A stretch of DNA of 64,000 nucleotides from a virus (IMGVR_UViG_3300013132_000023:32001-96000), one strand, 5' to 3'. Numbered from the stretch's first letter, positions 55,647 through 64,000 are shown. Numbers and translations are program-made. The notes: generated by a model from the letters alone, not told the origin.

Positions 55647-57188
55647 ATGTTTTTAGCACTGCTTCTTTGTTTAACGCAAAATTGGTATGATCCGGGGACT
55701 CCCGCTACTGATGCTCGTACTATCTACGTAAGCTCTAGCACTGGTAATGATAGTAATACCGGGTTAGATTCTCAAAATCCACGTCGTACGATTCAGTCTG
55801 CCAAGGGGCTGATGCGTCACACGTTTCCAGACCGAATGCTATTGAAGCGTGGTGATACGTTCAACGAATCATTTGGACAGTGGAAGACTAGTGGTCGTTC
55901 TAGTACAGAACGTCAGATAATTGGTGCATACGGTCAGGGGGCAAGACCTAGACTTCTTACTGGAAACGTCACTGGCATTTTTACATTAAATGCAGGCGAT
56001 ACGCCTCCTTCTGTTGATAATGTTGCGATTCTTGATTTAGAATTCTATCCTCAGACTTATACTGGCAATGAAGCTATTGCTGGTGTTAGCTTTTTGTGGA
56101 AATCAGAGAATTGGCTCATTGAAGGATGTTTTATCAGTGGGTATCAAGTTGGTGTTGTGGTTGAAAGCTTTGGTGGACCAAAGAAGAATATTGCTATTCG
56201 AAACAATGTCATTGTTGATTGTTATTCTTTAGTTGGCAGTGTTGGTCATGGTATTTATGCCAGTGGTGGAGATAACCTTTTAATCGAAGGTAACATCATT
56301 GACAAAAATGGATGGAATGAAAGCGTGCCAGGAGCGGTGCCTACTGTTTTTAGGCACGGTGCGTATCTACATCCAGACATGCCACGCAACGCTATTGTGC
56401 GTGGCAATATCATTTCGCGTTCTTCTTCCCACGGGTTAACTCTTCGTGCTGGCGGTACTGTATCTGACAATTTGTTTATTCAAAACTCTATAAACGTCTT
56501 GTTGGGTGGAGGAAGTCCTCAATATGCGGTTGGCGGTATTGAGTTTCGTTTTACTAACAATGTTGTCTTTGATGCAAAAAACATTGACGTTAATAACCCT
56601 CGTGGTTGGGCGATAGATGTAAACAATACAAGGTCTGGTTTGATCAAGGGGAACATATTCTGCCATAACAGAAATGGCACTTTCCCATCGTCATTTGGAT
56701 TTGATGGAGCACTTGGTGTTGGTATACGTAATGTACGTATTCATGATAATATCTGGTACAATTGGAATGGTAGAGGTTCTTTTACTGGCGTAGGTTCACA
56801 ATTACGCAATATCAGTTTCGTGCGTAACGTGATTCATATGTCTATTGATGCTCCGGTATTTAGTCAGGCTAATTTGGCTGCCATAGCTTATGAACGTAAT
56901 ACGTTCTATTCACAGAATCCACAGAATTTCATTACTGTTCCAAACATTGGTACACTTAGTTTTACACAGTGGCAGCAAGTCTGTGGTGACACGGAATCAG
57001 TCTTTGAAGTTTATCCATTTGTCGATCCCACTAGAGACATTCAGCGATATGATATCGTGAATGGTGGGATTGGGACTCTCGATAGCTTTTTCCAGACCGC
57101 TAGAACCCAAAGCAAAGAACTGTGGAATCCTGCCTATACAGCACTAGCAGCTAACGCCTGGATGCGTCAAGGATTTATGCAAAAGTAA
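55647..57188 (+). CDS. right-handed parallel beta-helix (pectin lyase-like) protein
   Basis: IYVSSSTGNDSNTG...P.RTI, LLKRGDTF, IGAYGQGARP, repeated I..N.I strands (IRNNVI, IEGNII, VRGNII, FTNNVV); short hydrophobic N-terminus MFLALLLCLTQ. Confidence 0.8.
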   Translation: MFLALLLCLTQNWYDPGTPATDARTIYVSSSTGNDSNTGLDSQNPRRTIQSAKGLMRHTFPDRMLLKRGDTFNESFGQWKTSGRSSTERQIIGAYGQGARPRLLTGNVTGIFTLNAGDTPPSVDNVAILDLEFYPQTYTGNEAIAGVSFLWKSENWLIEGCFISGYQVGVVVESFGGPKKNIAIRNNVIVDCYSLVGSVGHGIYASGGDNLLIEGNIIDKNGWNESVPGAVPTVFRHGAYLHPDMPRNAIVRGNIISRSSSHGLTLRAGGTVSDNLFIQNSINVLLGGGSPQYAVGGIEFRFTNNVVFDAKNIDVNNPRGWAIDVNNTRSGLIKGNIFCHNRNGTFPSSFGFDGALGVGIRNVRIHDNIWYNWNGRGSFTGVGSQLRNISFVRNVIHMSIDAPVFSQANLAAIAYERNTFYSQNPQNFITVPNIGTLSFTQWQQVCGDTESVFEVYPFVDPTRDIQRYDIVNGGIGTLDSFFQTARTQSKELWNPAYTALAANAWMRQGFMQK

Positions 57189-57189
57189 C

Positions 57190-57879
57190 ATGGAAAAAGG
57201 ACACACAATTCCGATCCTTGGTCAAGGGTACGTTCGGTACATTGACCATCTTGGCAACGACCAACGGATCGTTGAGACGGCCCGCATTTCATACGGGAGT
57301 TCGTCTAAAGGAGCAGAAGCCGACAAGAAACTCTTGTTCTACCTTTTCAAGCACAGACACACTAGTCCGTTTGAAGCGTGCAATATTACATTCAATATCA
57401 AGATGCCTATCTTTTGCATGAGACAGTTTGTGCGTCACCGCACCTTCCGTCTCAATGAATGGAGCGGACGATATAGTGAACTAGGGGATGAATTCTACAT
57501 GCCCGAAGCGTGGAGAATACAAGACACGAAGAACAAGCAAGGTTCGTTGTCTTTTGATGATCCTGTGTGGCATGCGGGTAACGAACTATTGGCTCGTGAA
57601 GCTTTTGAGTCCACATATAGAATCTACCAAGAACTGCTTAAACGTGGAGTTGCTAAGGAACTAGCCCGTATCGTGTTGCCGGTTTCGCTCTTTACGGAGA
57701 TCTATATTAATACGGACGTTCACAACCTGATTCACTTCTTGAATCTACGCCAAGATCCGCACGCTCAGCTTGAAATGCGTGAGATTGCTAATGCTATGGC
57801 AGTGGTTGGCGAGCAGTTGTTCCCGTGGACATTTGAAGCCCGTCAACGCTTTAAGTTTCGTGTAGAAGAGCAGTCGTAA
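57190..57879 (+). CDS. thyX: flavin-dependent thymidylate synthase
   Basis: ARISY, HTSPFE, RQFVRHRTFRLNEWSGRY (RHRx7S), KELARIVLP, HAQLEMR. Confidence 0.96.
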   Translation: MEKGHTIPILGQGYVRYIDHLGNDQRIVETARISYGSSSKGAEADKKLLFYLFKHRHTSPFEACNITFNIKMPIFCMRQFVRHRTFRLNEWSGRYSELGDEFYMPEAWRIQDTKNKQGSLSFDDPVWHAGNELLAREAFESTYRIYQELLKRGVAKELARIVLPVSLFTEIYINTDVHNLIHFLNLRQDPHAQLEMREIANAMAVVGEQLFPWTFEARQRFKFRVEEQS

Positions 57880-57901
57880 AGACAGGCTATTGCACACAAA
57901 T

Positions 57902-57945
57902 CACTAGGAGGGCATCCCTTGAGGGTGCCCTCCTAGTGTATTATT
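57902..57945 (+). terminator. terminator-like hairpin overlapping a TAGTGTATT motif
   Basis: CACTAGGAGGGCA (57902-57914) / TGCCCTCCTAGTG (57926-57938), perfect 13 bp, extendable inward; followed by TATTATT. Confidence 0.7.
57934..57942 (+). promoter_or_regulatory. TAGTGTATT motif, candidate phage late promoter element
   Basis: Fourth copy, at the boundary where the second structural block begins. Confidence 0.6.
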
Positions 57946-58001
57946 GAGACGTAGGGGCGTTGCCCTTGTTATGTTTTAAGTCTCTATTTGGAGGTAAGGC
58001 T

Positions 58002-58448
58002 ATGGCTGGAGTTTTGGTTGCATCGCAGGTAGGGTCGGGTACTATACCGTTTACGTACGGCATTTTGTCGTCTGGTCAACGTGGTAATGAGCCTCTTGGT
58101 GGAGGTATTCGTACCGGCAATCAGGTTATGATTGGCAACCCAGAAGACATGGTTGCTGTCGATGCTTTTGCTGCATCTGGTATCGTGATTGGTACTAACC
58201 CGGTAGAAATTCTTGGTCCTCAAAACAATCCGTTGCCGCGTTCTCGCATGGTTCTGATCGAGAACACTGGTACTGTTGACGCTTACATTAGTCATAGACT
58301 TAACTTTACAACCCTTGATGCCTTTGAACTTTCACCAGAAGGCACGGCGGGACGTGATAGCCGCATTCAACTGCCGCTTTTACGCAATGTATCTGTTTAC
58401 GCTAAGACGGCCAGTGGCAGTACAACGATTCGTCTATTGATTGTTTAA
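58002..58448 (+). CDS. putative virion structural protein (paralog of 58676-59113)
   Basis: GGAGG Shine-Dalgarno supports ATG 58002. Shares VM..NPED, V..GT.P, NPL..R..L..N.G....I and VY blocks with the 58676 protein. Confidence 0.65.
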   Translation: MAGVLVASQVGSGTIPFTYGILSSGQRGNEPLGGGIRTGNQVMIGNPEDMVAVDAFAASGIVIGTNPVEILGPQNNPLPRSRMVLIENTGTVDAYISHRLNFTTLDAFELSPEGTAGRDSRIQLPLLRNVSVYAKTASGSTTIRLLIV

Positions 58449-58476
58449 TCGCGGGTCTCCGTGAGGATGGCTCGCC

Positions 58477-58683
58477 ATGCAATACAATACCAAAACATGC
58501 CAGCGTTGTCAGGTTGTCTTTGAGCCAAATAGCGGCTTTCAGAAGTTCTGTCACGAATGCAAGATCGGAAACCACAAAGAGTGGTTTCAAAAACGGGATC
58601 GTGAACGTTTTTTGAACAACTGTAACTGTGGTCGTGCTATGAATGGTGGTATCTGTCCTCATAAGGAGACCATCAGTGAATAA
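58477..58683 (+). CDS. small Cys-rich (Zn-finger) hypothetical protein
   Basis: CQRC...CHEC...CNC...CPH; GAGGA upstream. Confidence 0.6.
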   Translation: MQYNTKTCQRCQVVFEPNSGFQKFCHECKIGNHKEWFQKRDRERFLNNCNCGRAMNGGICPHKETISE

Positions 58684-59113
58684 GCAGTATTTTACAACCA
58701 TTGGTTCGGGTTGTACACCACACCTTGCTCACGGGCCAGCACACGCCTTACCGCAGGGGGCGTATCCCGGTGCCCACAGTAAGAGCGAGTTACGTACTCG
58801 TCCTGGTGATGGCGTTGTTATGCTCAATCCGGAGGATTTTTCTATTTCCATCGGATTGCGTTCTTCTGCCGTTATAGTTGGAACATCCCCTACACCATTA
58901 CCAAGTAATCCGCTAGAATATCGTCGTGCTCTTGTTGTACACAACAATGGCGTTAGCACGATCTTTATAGGTGATAGCTCCGTAAGCACTGCTACTGGTC
59001 TTCCATTAGCCGCAGGCGAAAAGATTGCATTCGATATTCAGAACAATCCAAACGTTGTGGTCTATGGTGTGGCCGGTACTAATACCGATGTTCGCATCAT
59101 GGAGCTAGCATGA
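58676..59113 (+). CDS. putative virion structural protein (paralog of 58002-58448)
   Basis: GTG start 58676 behind AAGGAG; LVVHNNGVSTIFIGDSSVSTATGLPLAAGE beta-sandwich-like pattern. Confidence 0.65.
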   Translation: MNKQYFTTIGSGCTPHLAHGPAHALPQGAYPGAHSKSELRTRPGDGVVMLNPEDFSISIGLRSSAVIVGTSPTPLPSNPLEYRRALVVHNNGVSTIFIGDSSVSTATGLPLAAGEKIAFDIQNNPNVVVYGVAGTNTDVRIMELA

Positions 59114-60210
59114 GTCTCGGTATTGGTGGCATTGTATCTCTTGGTGGTGGGACTGGTGGCAGTGGAGGCGGATCTGGCTCTGGTATTCAGTCTGTAAACA
59201 GTCAGATTGGACCCGCGATTGCCATTACTGGCGTAAACGGCATTAACGTTACCGCTAGTGCAAACGTAATCACGATTGATGGTGCTGGTGCTTCTGGTAC
59301 GGTTGGATCTGCTTCGTCACAATCTGGCGTTATTGGCGTTAATGGAATTACTGTTGATCAGATTGGCGGTAATTTTGTTGTCAATGGTGCCGCATTATCT
59401 GGTTTGATTAGTGGTGGGGTTGTCAGTCTTGTTGCATCTTATTCTGCTACGTTTACAAACGTTACAAGCGGCATCTTCGATCACAATCTTGGAACCCACG
59501 AAACGATTGTACAAGTATATGACGATTCGCTGCCGCCAAGAGTAATTTTTCCAGATGAAGTCATCTCTGAAAACCTAAATCAGATTGGCGTCATCTTTAA
59601 CAGACCACAAACTGGTCGCGTAGTCATTCATGCTCCATCTGGCATATCTCTATCGTCGGGCGGCGGTTCTTCTGTTTCATTAGTTGGTGTTAGTGGTGTC
59701 CGTGTCATTCCTAGTGGTGCTAATTCTTTCATCATTAGTGGCGAAAACATTTCGGTAACTTCGTCGTCGTCTCCATCGAACACCAACTGCTATTCGCAAG
59801 ATTTTACTAACGTTTCAAGCGTTACTGGAATTCACAATTTTGGTACGCTTAATGTACTGACACAAGTTTTTGACACCAATGGACGCGTATTGCTACCAGA
59901 CAGTATTCACGTTTCTGATATTAATACTGTTGTCGTTAGCTTTAATACAAGTCGTAGTGGAAAGGTTGTTGTACACGGCTGTTCGGCACCGTCCTCTTCT
60001 GGAGTCAGCAAGTTCTCGCAATCGTTTACAAGCGTTTCAAGTATAAACGTTTCGCACTTCATGAGTACTCAAGATGTAATTGTACAGGTTAGAGATAACA
60101 ATTCGCCTCCTGGCGTGATTTTGCCAGATTCTATCCTTGTATTAGACATAAATACAGTGAACGTGCGATTCAACTCAATTCGCAGTGGTCGTATAACTAT
60201 CATGGGTTAG
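59110..60210 (+). CDS. Gly/Ser-rich fibre or decoration protein with three ~60-aa HN-type repeat modules
   Basis: N-terminal fibre-like GVNGI repeats, then three copies of F..V.S....H..GT....VQV.D.....I.PD.I.....N...V.FN...(S/T)G.V.I. Confidence 0.7.
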   Translation: MSLGIGGIVSLGGGTGGSGGGSGSGIQSVNSQIGPAIAITGVNGINVTASANVITIDGAGASGTVGSASSQSGVIGVNGITVDQIGGNFVVNGAALSGLISGGVVSLVASYSATFTNVTSGIFDHNLGTHETIVQVYDDSLPPRVIFPDEVISENLNQIGVIFNRPQTGRVVIHAPSGISLSSGGGSSVSLVGVSGVRVIPSGANSFIISGENISVTSSSSPSNTNCYSQDFTNVSSVTGIHNFGTLNVLTQVFDTNGRVLLPDSIHVSDINTVVVSFNTSRSGKVVVHGCSAPSSSGVSKFSQSFTSVSSINVSHFMSTQDVIVQVRDNNSPPGVILPDSILVLDINTVNVRFNSIRSGRITIMG

Positions 60211-60211
60211 T

Positions 60212-60220
60212 TAGTGTACT
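60212..60220 (+). promoter_or_regulatory. TAGTGTACT variant of the candidate late promoter motif
   Basis: Fifth copy (one mismatch), in the 44-nt gap before the paralog array. Confidence 0.5.
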
Positions 60221-60254
60221 TAACTATAACCCCTAGCTTTACAGGAGTTGCACA

Positions 60255-61013
60255 ATGTTTATTGACGGAGATTTAATCCCTTCTACGTCTGGTCAGGCTC
60301 ATCTTGGTGTTGACGGCACTGGTGCGTCTGCCTTTAGTGCTTCAAGTATTAGTCCTTTTGGACGCGTTCACATGCTCAGTGGCGTGTGGCACGATCCGCT
60401 GTATGGACAATCTGGTGTTATGAGATTCAGTCAACAGGCTGGTGCTTTCCAGGTGTCTGTTGACGGCGGCCTAACGTTTGCTAACATTTCTGCTGGTGGC
60501 GGTGTTTCGTCTATTGGTCAGCTTGGTGGAGCTAATCTTACTGGTAACGTTGATCTTGCTTCAAATGCAAGTGGCTTTATTGCCATTACCGATACAGGTG
60601 GATCGTCTCCTATCTTGTTTGCAGTCGATCATCTTGGGCTTTCAGGTCTTTGGAGATTCCCGGCACAAGGATTCAATAATAGTATTGTCAACGCCATCTC
60701 TGACTTCAATGGCACACAATCGCAGGGCGTGATCAGTATTGTTGGTGCTTCGGGTATCGTCGCCGACTTGATTGGTAACACGCTTACCATTACTCCTGGT
60801 AACACGCTTGGTCGTGCTGTCACGCAAACCTTTTCTAGCGTGAATACGGTAACCGTTGTTCATAACTTTTCAACTGAAAACACAATTGTGCAGGTAAGAG
60901 ACGGAAATGAACGCGTGATTATTCCAGATTCAATTGATGCTTCTAACACAAACCAAGTTGTTGTTAACTTTAATACAACTAGAAGCGGAAGAGTAACTGT
61001 AATAGGATTCTAA
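60255..61013 (+). CDS. putative fibre/decoration protein, paralog family member 1
   Basis: Shared N-terminal domain GDLxP..SG..HLGV...PFG..H..SGVWH...SGV.R...S.DGG.TF; C-terminal HN module; AGGAG Shine-Dalgarno. Confidence 0.7.
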   Translation: MFIDGDLIPSTSGQAHLGVDGTGASAFSASSISPFGRVHMLSGVWHDPLYGQSGVMRFSQQAGAFQVSVDGGLTFANISAGGGVSSIGQLGGANLTGNVDLASNASGFIAITDTGGSSPILFAVDHLGLSGLWRFPAQGFNNSIVNAISDFNGTQSQGVISIVGASGIVADLIGNTLTITPGNTLGRAVTQTFSSVNTVTVVHNFSTENTIVQVRDGNERVIIPDSIDASNTNQVVVNFNTTRSGRVTVIGF

Positions 61014-61014
61014 T

Positions 61015-62196
61015 ATGGGATTAATTGATGGCGATATCGTTCCGTCAGCAAGCGGAACGTCTCATCTTGGTGTTGAAGCCAGAGGGGCATCAAACTTTAG
61101 TATTGATAGTTTGGCCCCTTTTGGCCACATTCATCAATTGAGTGGTGTGTTCCATAATGAGAATGGAACATCTGGCGTTATTCGTTTTGGCATTTCTGCG
61201 TTTGAATTTTCTACAGACGGCGGCATAACGTTTTCTTCGCCTGCCGCCGTAGGCGGCGACAACCGTGACGTGTTATTCAATAACAATGGAGCTATTGCTG
61301 GCGATTCTCTCGGGCTTACGTTTGACGCAACACCCAATATATTGGGCGTTAGTGGAGCAATTCAAGTTGCTAAAACTGATCTAGTTAGAGAAAACTTTAC
61401 TTCCCCCGGTTCTGGTATTGTAGAACTTCGAGCTATTAACCTAGCCGAACGTCCCATGTTCGGTGCTAGTACGTCTGGTCAACAACTCCCATACTTTTTC
61501 CAGCCGTCTTTGTTTAGTAGATTTATATTTATGGCGTACACTTCTAATTCCACGACCATTTCTTCATATGGTAATTCTCTTACTAGCAACGGAACCGTTT
61601 CTCATCCTGCCGCAACTTCTGCTTCTGGTTTTATGGTAAATATTGTTTCTGCCGCGACCGCTAACTCGACTGCTTCTACAGGTAGCAACACTACGCAATT
61701 TGTTCGTGGTGCTTCTTCTGGAATGAATACTGGATTCTTCTATGCAACACGTATAACTCTACCTGATGCCAATCTTGATGCAGGTAGAGTTTTTGTTGGA
61801 TTAGTGAATGGTACTATGGTCTCTTCTGTTGCAGCAGATGACCCAGGTAACAATCACTGTGGATTTAGTTTTTCTACAATTCAAGCAAATCCAAAAAATT
61901 GGTTCTTTTCTACTAGAGATACTACAGCTAGATCAACCCAGGACACTGGTATTTCGTGCTCTGGCAATAGAATTTGGGACATGTATTTGTACTGCCCACC
62001 GGCACCAAACAACGAAGTAATTTACTGGACTCTTCGTGATGTTTCATGGAACAGATTGTCAAATGGGTATGCTATTAATAGACTACCTAATAAAGGATCT
62101 CTAATGAGAGCCGGAGTTGCTTTAAACAACATTACGGCAAGTGCTCGTAACATACGTTTCACGCACATTTATTGTGAATCCATTCCTTCATTTTAA
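61015..62196 (+). CDS. putative fibre/decoration protein, paralog family member 2
   Basis: Same N-terminal domain followed by a different, beta-rich C-terminal region. Confidence 0.7.
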   Translation: MGLIDGDIVPSASGTSHLGVEARGASNFSIDSLAPFGHIHQLSGVFHNENGTSGVIRFGISAFEFSTDGGITFSSPAAVGGDNRDVLFNNNGAIAGDSLGLTFDATPNILGVSGAIQVAKTDLVRENFTSPGSGIVELRAINLAERPMFGASTSGQQLPYFFQPSLFSRFIFMAYTSNSTTISSYGNSLTSNGTVSHPAATSASGFMVNIVSAATANSTASTGSNTTQFVRGASSGMNTGFFYATRITLPDANLDAGRVFVGLVNGTMVSSVAADDPGNNHCGFSFSTIQANPKNWFFSTRDTTARSTQDTGISCSGNRIWDMYLYCPPAPNNEVIYWTLRDVSWNRLSNGYAINRLPNKGSLMRAGVALNNITASARNIRFTHIYCESIPSF

Positions 62197-62199
62197 TAC

Positions 62200-62982
62200 A
62201 TGGCACGAATAAACGGTGATCTTGTTCCCATTGGTAGCGGTCAAGCACACTTAGGTGTGAATGGCGGCCTTGGCGATGCTTTTGATATCACTACAGTATT
62301 GCCATTTGGTCACGTTCACATGAACTCTGGTGTCTGGCATGACCCCGTAACTGGTCAGTCGGGTGTTCTCAGATACAGTCAGGCCGCTAGTGCGTTTCAG
62401 GTTTCTATTGACGGCGGCAGAACATTTACTAATTTAGCCACGGGTGCCGGTGGGGTTTCGTCGGTTGGCGTTTTGGGTGGGGCAAACCTCACTGGCGACA
62501 TTGATCTTGCCTCGCAATCAAGTGGATTCATTGCAATTACCGACAACGGTGGTGCAAGTCCAGTCTTTTTTGCCGTTGATCATCTTGGTCTTTCTGGTCT
62601 TTGGAAATTTCCGGCCCAGGGATTCAACGGAAGTGTTGTTAATTCATTGACTGACTTCAACGGCACAACGTCTCAGGGTGCTATTAGTGTTGTTGGTGGT
62701 TCTGGCATTATTGCAGACATTGTTGGTCAGACATTGACGATTGCTTCAAACGTAAACTTAGCTTCGGTAGCACGCTGTTATTCTGAAATCATCTCTGTTG
62801 CGGTTACAGAGTGGGTTATTACACACAATCTTAATACTACAGCGGTAAGCATTTCTGTGTACGACAACAGTACTCCTCGTCAAGCGGTTTTTCCTGACAA
62901 AATCGAAACAACCAATGCCAATACTGTTACCATTTCTTTCAACGCTAGTCAAGCTGGATTCATTGTTATCATGGGGTGCTAA
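62200..62982 (+). CDS. putative fibre/decoration protein, paralog family member 3
   Basis: Collinear and highly similar to 60255-61013 (e.g. LGGANLTG..DLAS..SGFIAITD.GG.SP..FAVDHLGLSGLW.FPAQGFN). Confidence 0.7.
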   Translation: MARINGDLVPIGSGQAHLGVNGGLGDAFDITTVLPFGHVHMNSGVWHDPVTGQSGVLRYSQAASAFQVSIDGGRTFTNLATGAGGVSSVGVLGGANLTGDIDLASQSSGFIAITDNGGASPVFFAVDHLGLSGLWKFPAQGFNGSVVNSLTDFNGTTSQGAISVVGGSGIIADIVGQTLTIASNVNLASVARCYSEIISVAVTEWVITHNLNTTAVSISVYDNSTPRQAVFPDKIETTNANTVTISFNASQAGFIVIMGC

Positions 62983-64000
62983 ATGGCAACACGCGTAGGT
63001 GATCTATATCCTTTTTCTAGTGGTACTTCTAGTTTAGGGGTTGAAATGACGAACGGTAGTCCTACTAGGGACATCGTTCCGTTTAATGCTATACACGTCA
63101 ATAGCGGCATTTTTCACAACGTTAACGGTGGTTCTGGTGTTCTTCGTTATGGGGCCGTAAACAAGGTCATTGAATATTCAAATGACGGTGGTATTACGTT
63201 TTCGCCGCTTTCAATTAGCATGCAGGCCGCCTACGATGGTGGTAATGAAATCAGTTCTGATAAAATCGGTGGTATTAGTCGTGGGGTTGTCTTTAAAGAC
63301 AGAAGCAGATCATTGTTGTATCCAACATGGTTTGATCTTAGCAATAAAGACTTTGCTATCGCCGTTAGTGGTTTTGCGTTAGATCAAAACGATCCTAATC
63401 GAGCACACTTACTAAGAATTGCGTCAAATGGTATACTTGTACGAGGATCTGGTGTAGATATTTCACAACAAACACCATCAGAATTGTTCATGGGATATCT
63501 TAATGATGGTCCTGGCGGTATCAATTCTCAAAACAGTGTGCCTATTATTCTAGGTAGTGGTGCTCTTGGTTTATACGTTATTGCAGTAAATGGACTATCT
63601 ATGGCAGTGCCTGATGGTCCTTCTGTAATGAATTTTGGTGGTGGTGTAGCGATTGGTGTTGAAGGCAACGTTACGCTTGATAACGGTGGAGGAGATTTTG
63701 TAATTGATATTTCTGCTGGTCAAACACTTACATTAGATTGTGATACTGGTGATGTTACAAGTAGACCATTTCAAAATTTTCAGTTTGATGCTTTTAATGG
63801 TAGTGGTCGTTTAACTTATCGTTTTGGTCCACACGAAGGATGGGCCTGGAAGCCTAGTTACGCAAGTACCGGAGGTACCGCTAATGATGGCTTTTTCCCG
63901 ATTCCTCACTCGGGACAAATCCAGTCGATGATCAAGCTACAGACTGCATACGAAAACGACAATGCTGTTTTGACAACTACGGCTCAAGGTGGTCCACTGT
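62983..64000 (+). CDS. putative fibre/decoration protein, paralog family member 4 (3'-truncated, absent from the ORF track)
   Basis: Hand translation from ATG 62983 is open to the window end: MATRVGDLYPFSSGTSSLGVE...PFNAIHVNSGIFHNVNGGSGVLRY...YSNDGGITF...MQAAYDGGN...LQTAYENDN. Confidence 0.8.
   Translation, partial: MATRVGDLYPFSSGTSSLGVEMTNGSPTRDIVPFNAIHVNSGIFHNVNGGSGVLRYGAVNKVIEYSNDGGITFSPLSISMQAAYDGGNEISSDKIGGISRGVVFKDRSRSLLYPTWFDLSNKDFAIAVSGFALDQNDPNRAHLLRIASNGILVRGSGVDISQQTPSELFMGYLNDGPGGINSQNSVPIILGSGALGLYVIAVNGLSMAVPDGPSVMNFGGGVAIGVEGNVTLDNGGGDFVIDISAGQTLTLDCDTGDVTSRPFQNFQFDAFNGSGRLTYRFGPHEGWAWKPSYASTGGTANDGFFPIPHSGQIQSMIKLQTAYENDNAVLTTTAQGGPL

Noticed and set aside
22382-57879. Inteins or introns in RecA, DnaB, DnaE, NrdJ or ThyX
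   Set aside because: Protein lengths are ordinary, conserved motifs are contiguous, and no intein-type C...HN/C junctions or LAGLIDADG blocks were seen.
359-62952. Numerous short minus-strand and alternative-frame ORFs in the track
   Set aside because: All lie within longer, motif-bearing plus-strand genes, show no recognisable motifs, and are expected shadows of the coding strand.
1-64000. Stop-codon reassignment as seen in some large phages
   Set aside because: Long genes are intact in the standard code, coding density is very high, and TAA, TGA and TAG all end genes at coupled junctions.
1-64000. tRNA, rRNA or other structured RNA genes
   Set aside because: Intergenic gaps are at most ~140 nt and are accounted for by terminators, promoters and leaders; no cloverleaf or T-loop signature was recognised.
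59110-64000. Diversity-generating retroelement behind the repeated fibre genes
   Set aside because: No reverse transcriptase in the window, and differences between paralogs are spread over all bases and synonymous sites rather than being adenine-specific.
1-64000. Bacterial chromosome or integrated prophage interpretation
   Set aside because: Housekeeping-like genes are divergent, interleaved with virion genes on a single strand and lack normal bacterial operon context; no integrase, attachment site or host boundary was seen in the window.

Overview
A 64-kb segment of a large tailed dsDNA phage genome (Caudoviricetes, probably a jumbo or 'huge' phage). All credible genes are on the + strand, tightly packed and read in the standard bacterial code. 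Module order: (1) tail morphogenesis 1-21368 (tape measure protein, tail/baseplate proteins, a 1677-aa LamG/PKD protein); (2) a bacterial-like replication and recombination block 21509-32931 (RecA, endonuclease, DnaB, DnaG, Cas4-like nuclease, ClpP, DnaE, sigma factor); (3) a ~16-kb glycan-building cluster 32928-48779 (about 10 soluble glycosyltransferases, 3 methyltransferases, Gmd and Fcl for GDP-fucose, a GMP reductase/IMPDH-family enzyme, and a small RMF-like ORF missing from the ORF track); (4) recombination and nucleotide metabolism 48789-57879 (SSAP, MazG, FAD oxidoreductase, class II RNR, beta-helix protein, ThyX); (5) a second structural block 58002-64000 of tandem paralogous fibre/decoration proteins. 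The most striking signal is an excess of the Ser-Gly dipeptide in predicted surface-exposed virion proteins, absent from the tape measure protein and enzymes, and conserved at aligned positions of paralogs despite TCN/AGY codon switches. Together with the membrane-independent glycosyltransferase cluster this suggests a phage-encoded, sequon-directed virion O-glycosylation system (inference, not demonstrated). A recurrent intergenic motif TAGTGTA(T/C)T precedes structural genes (candidate late promoter), whereas sigma70-like promoters precede non-structural genes. All family assignments come from motif recognition by eye and all counts are hand counts; no database searches were run.
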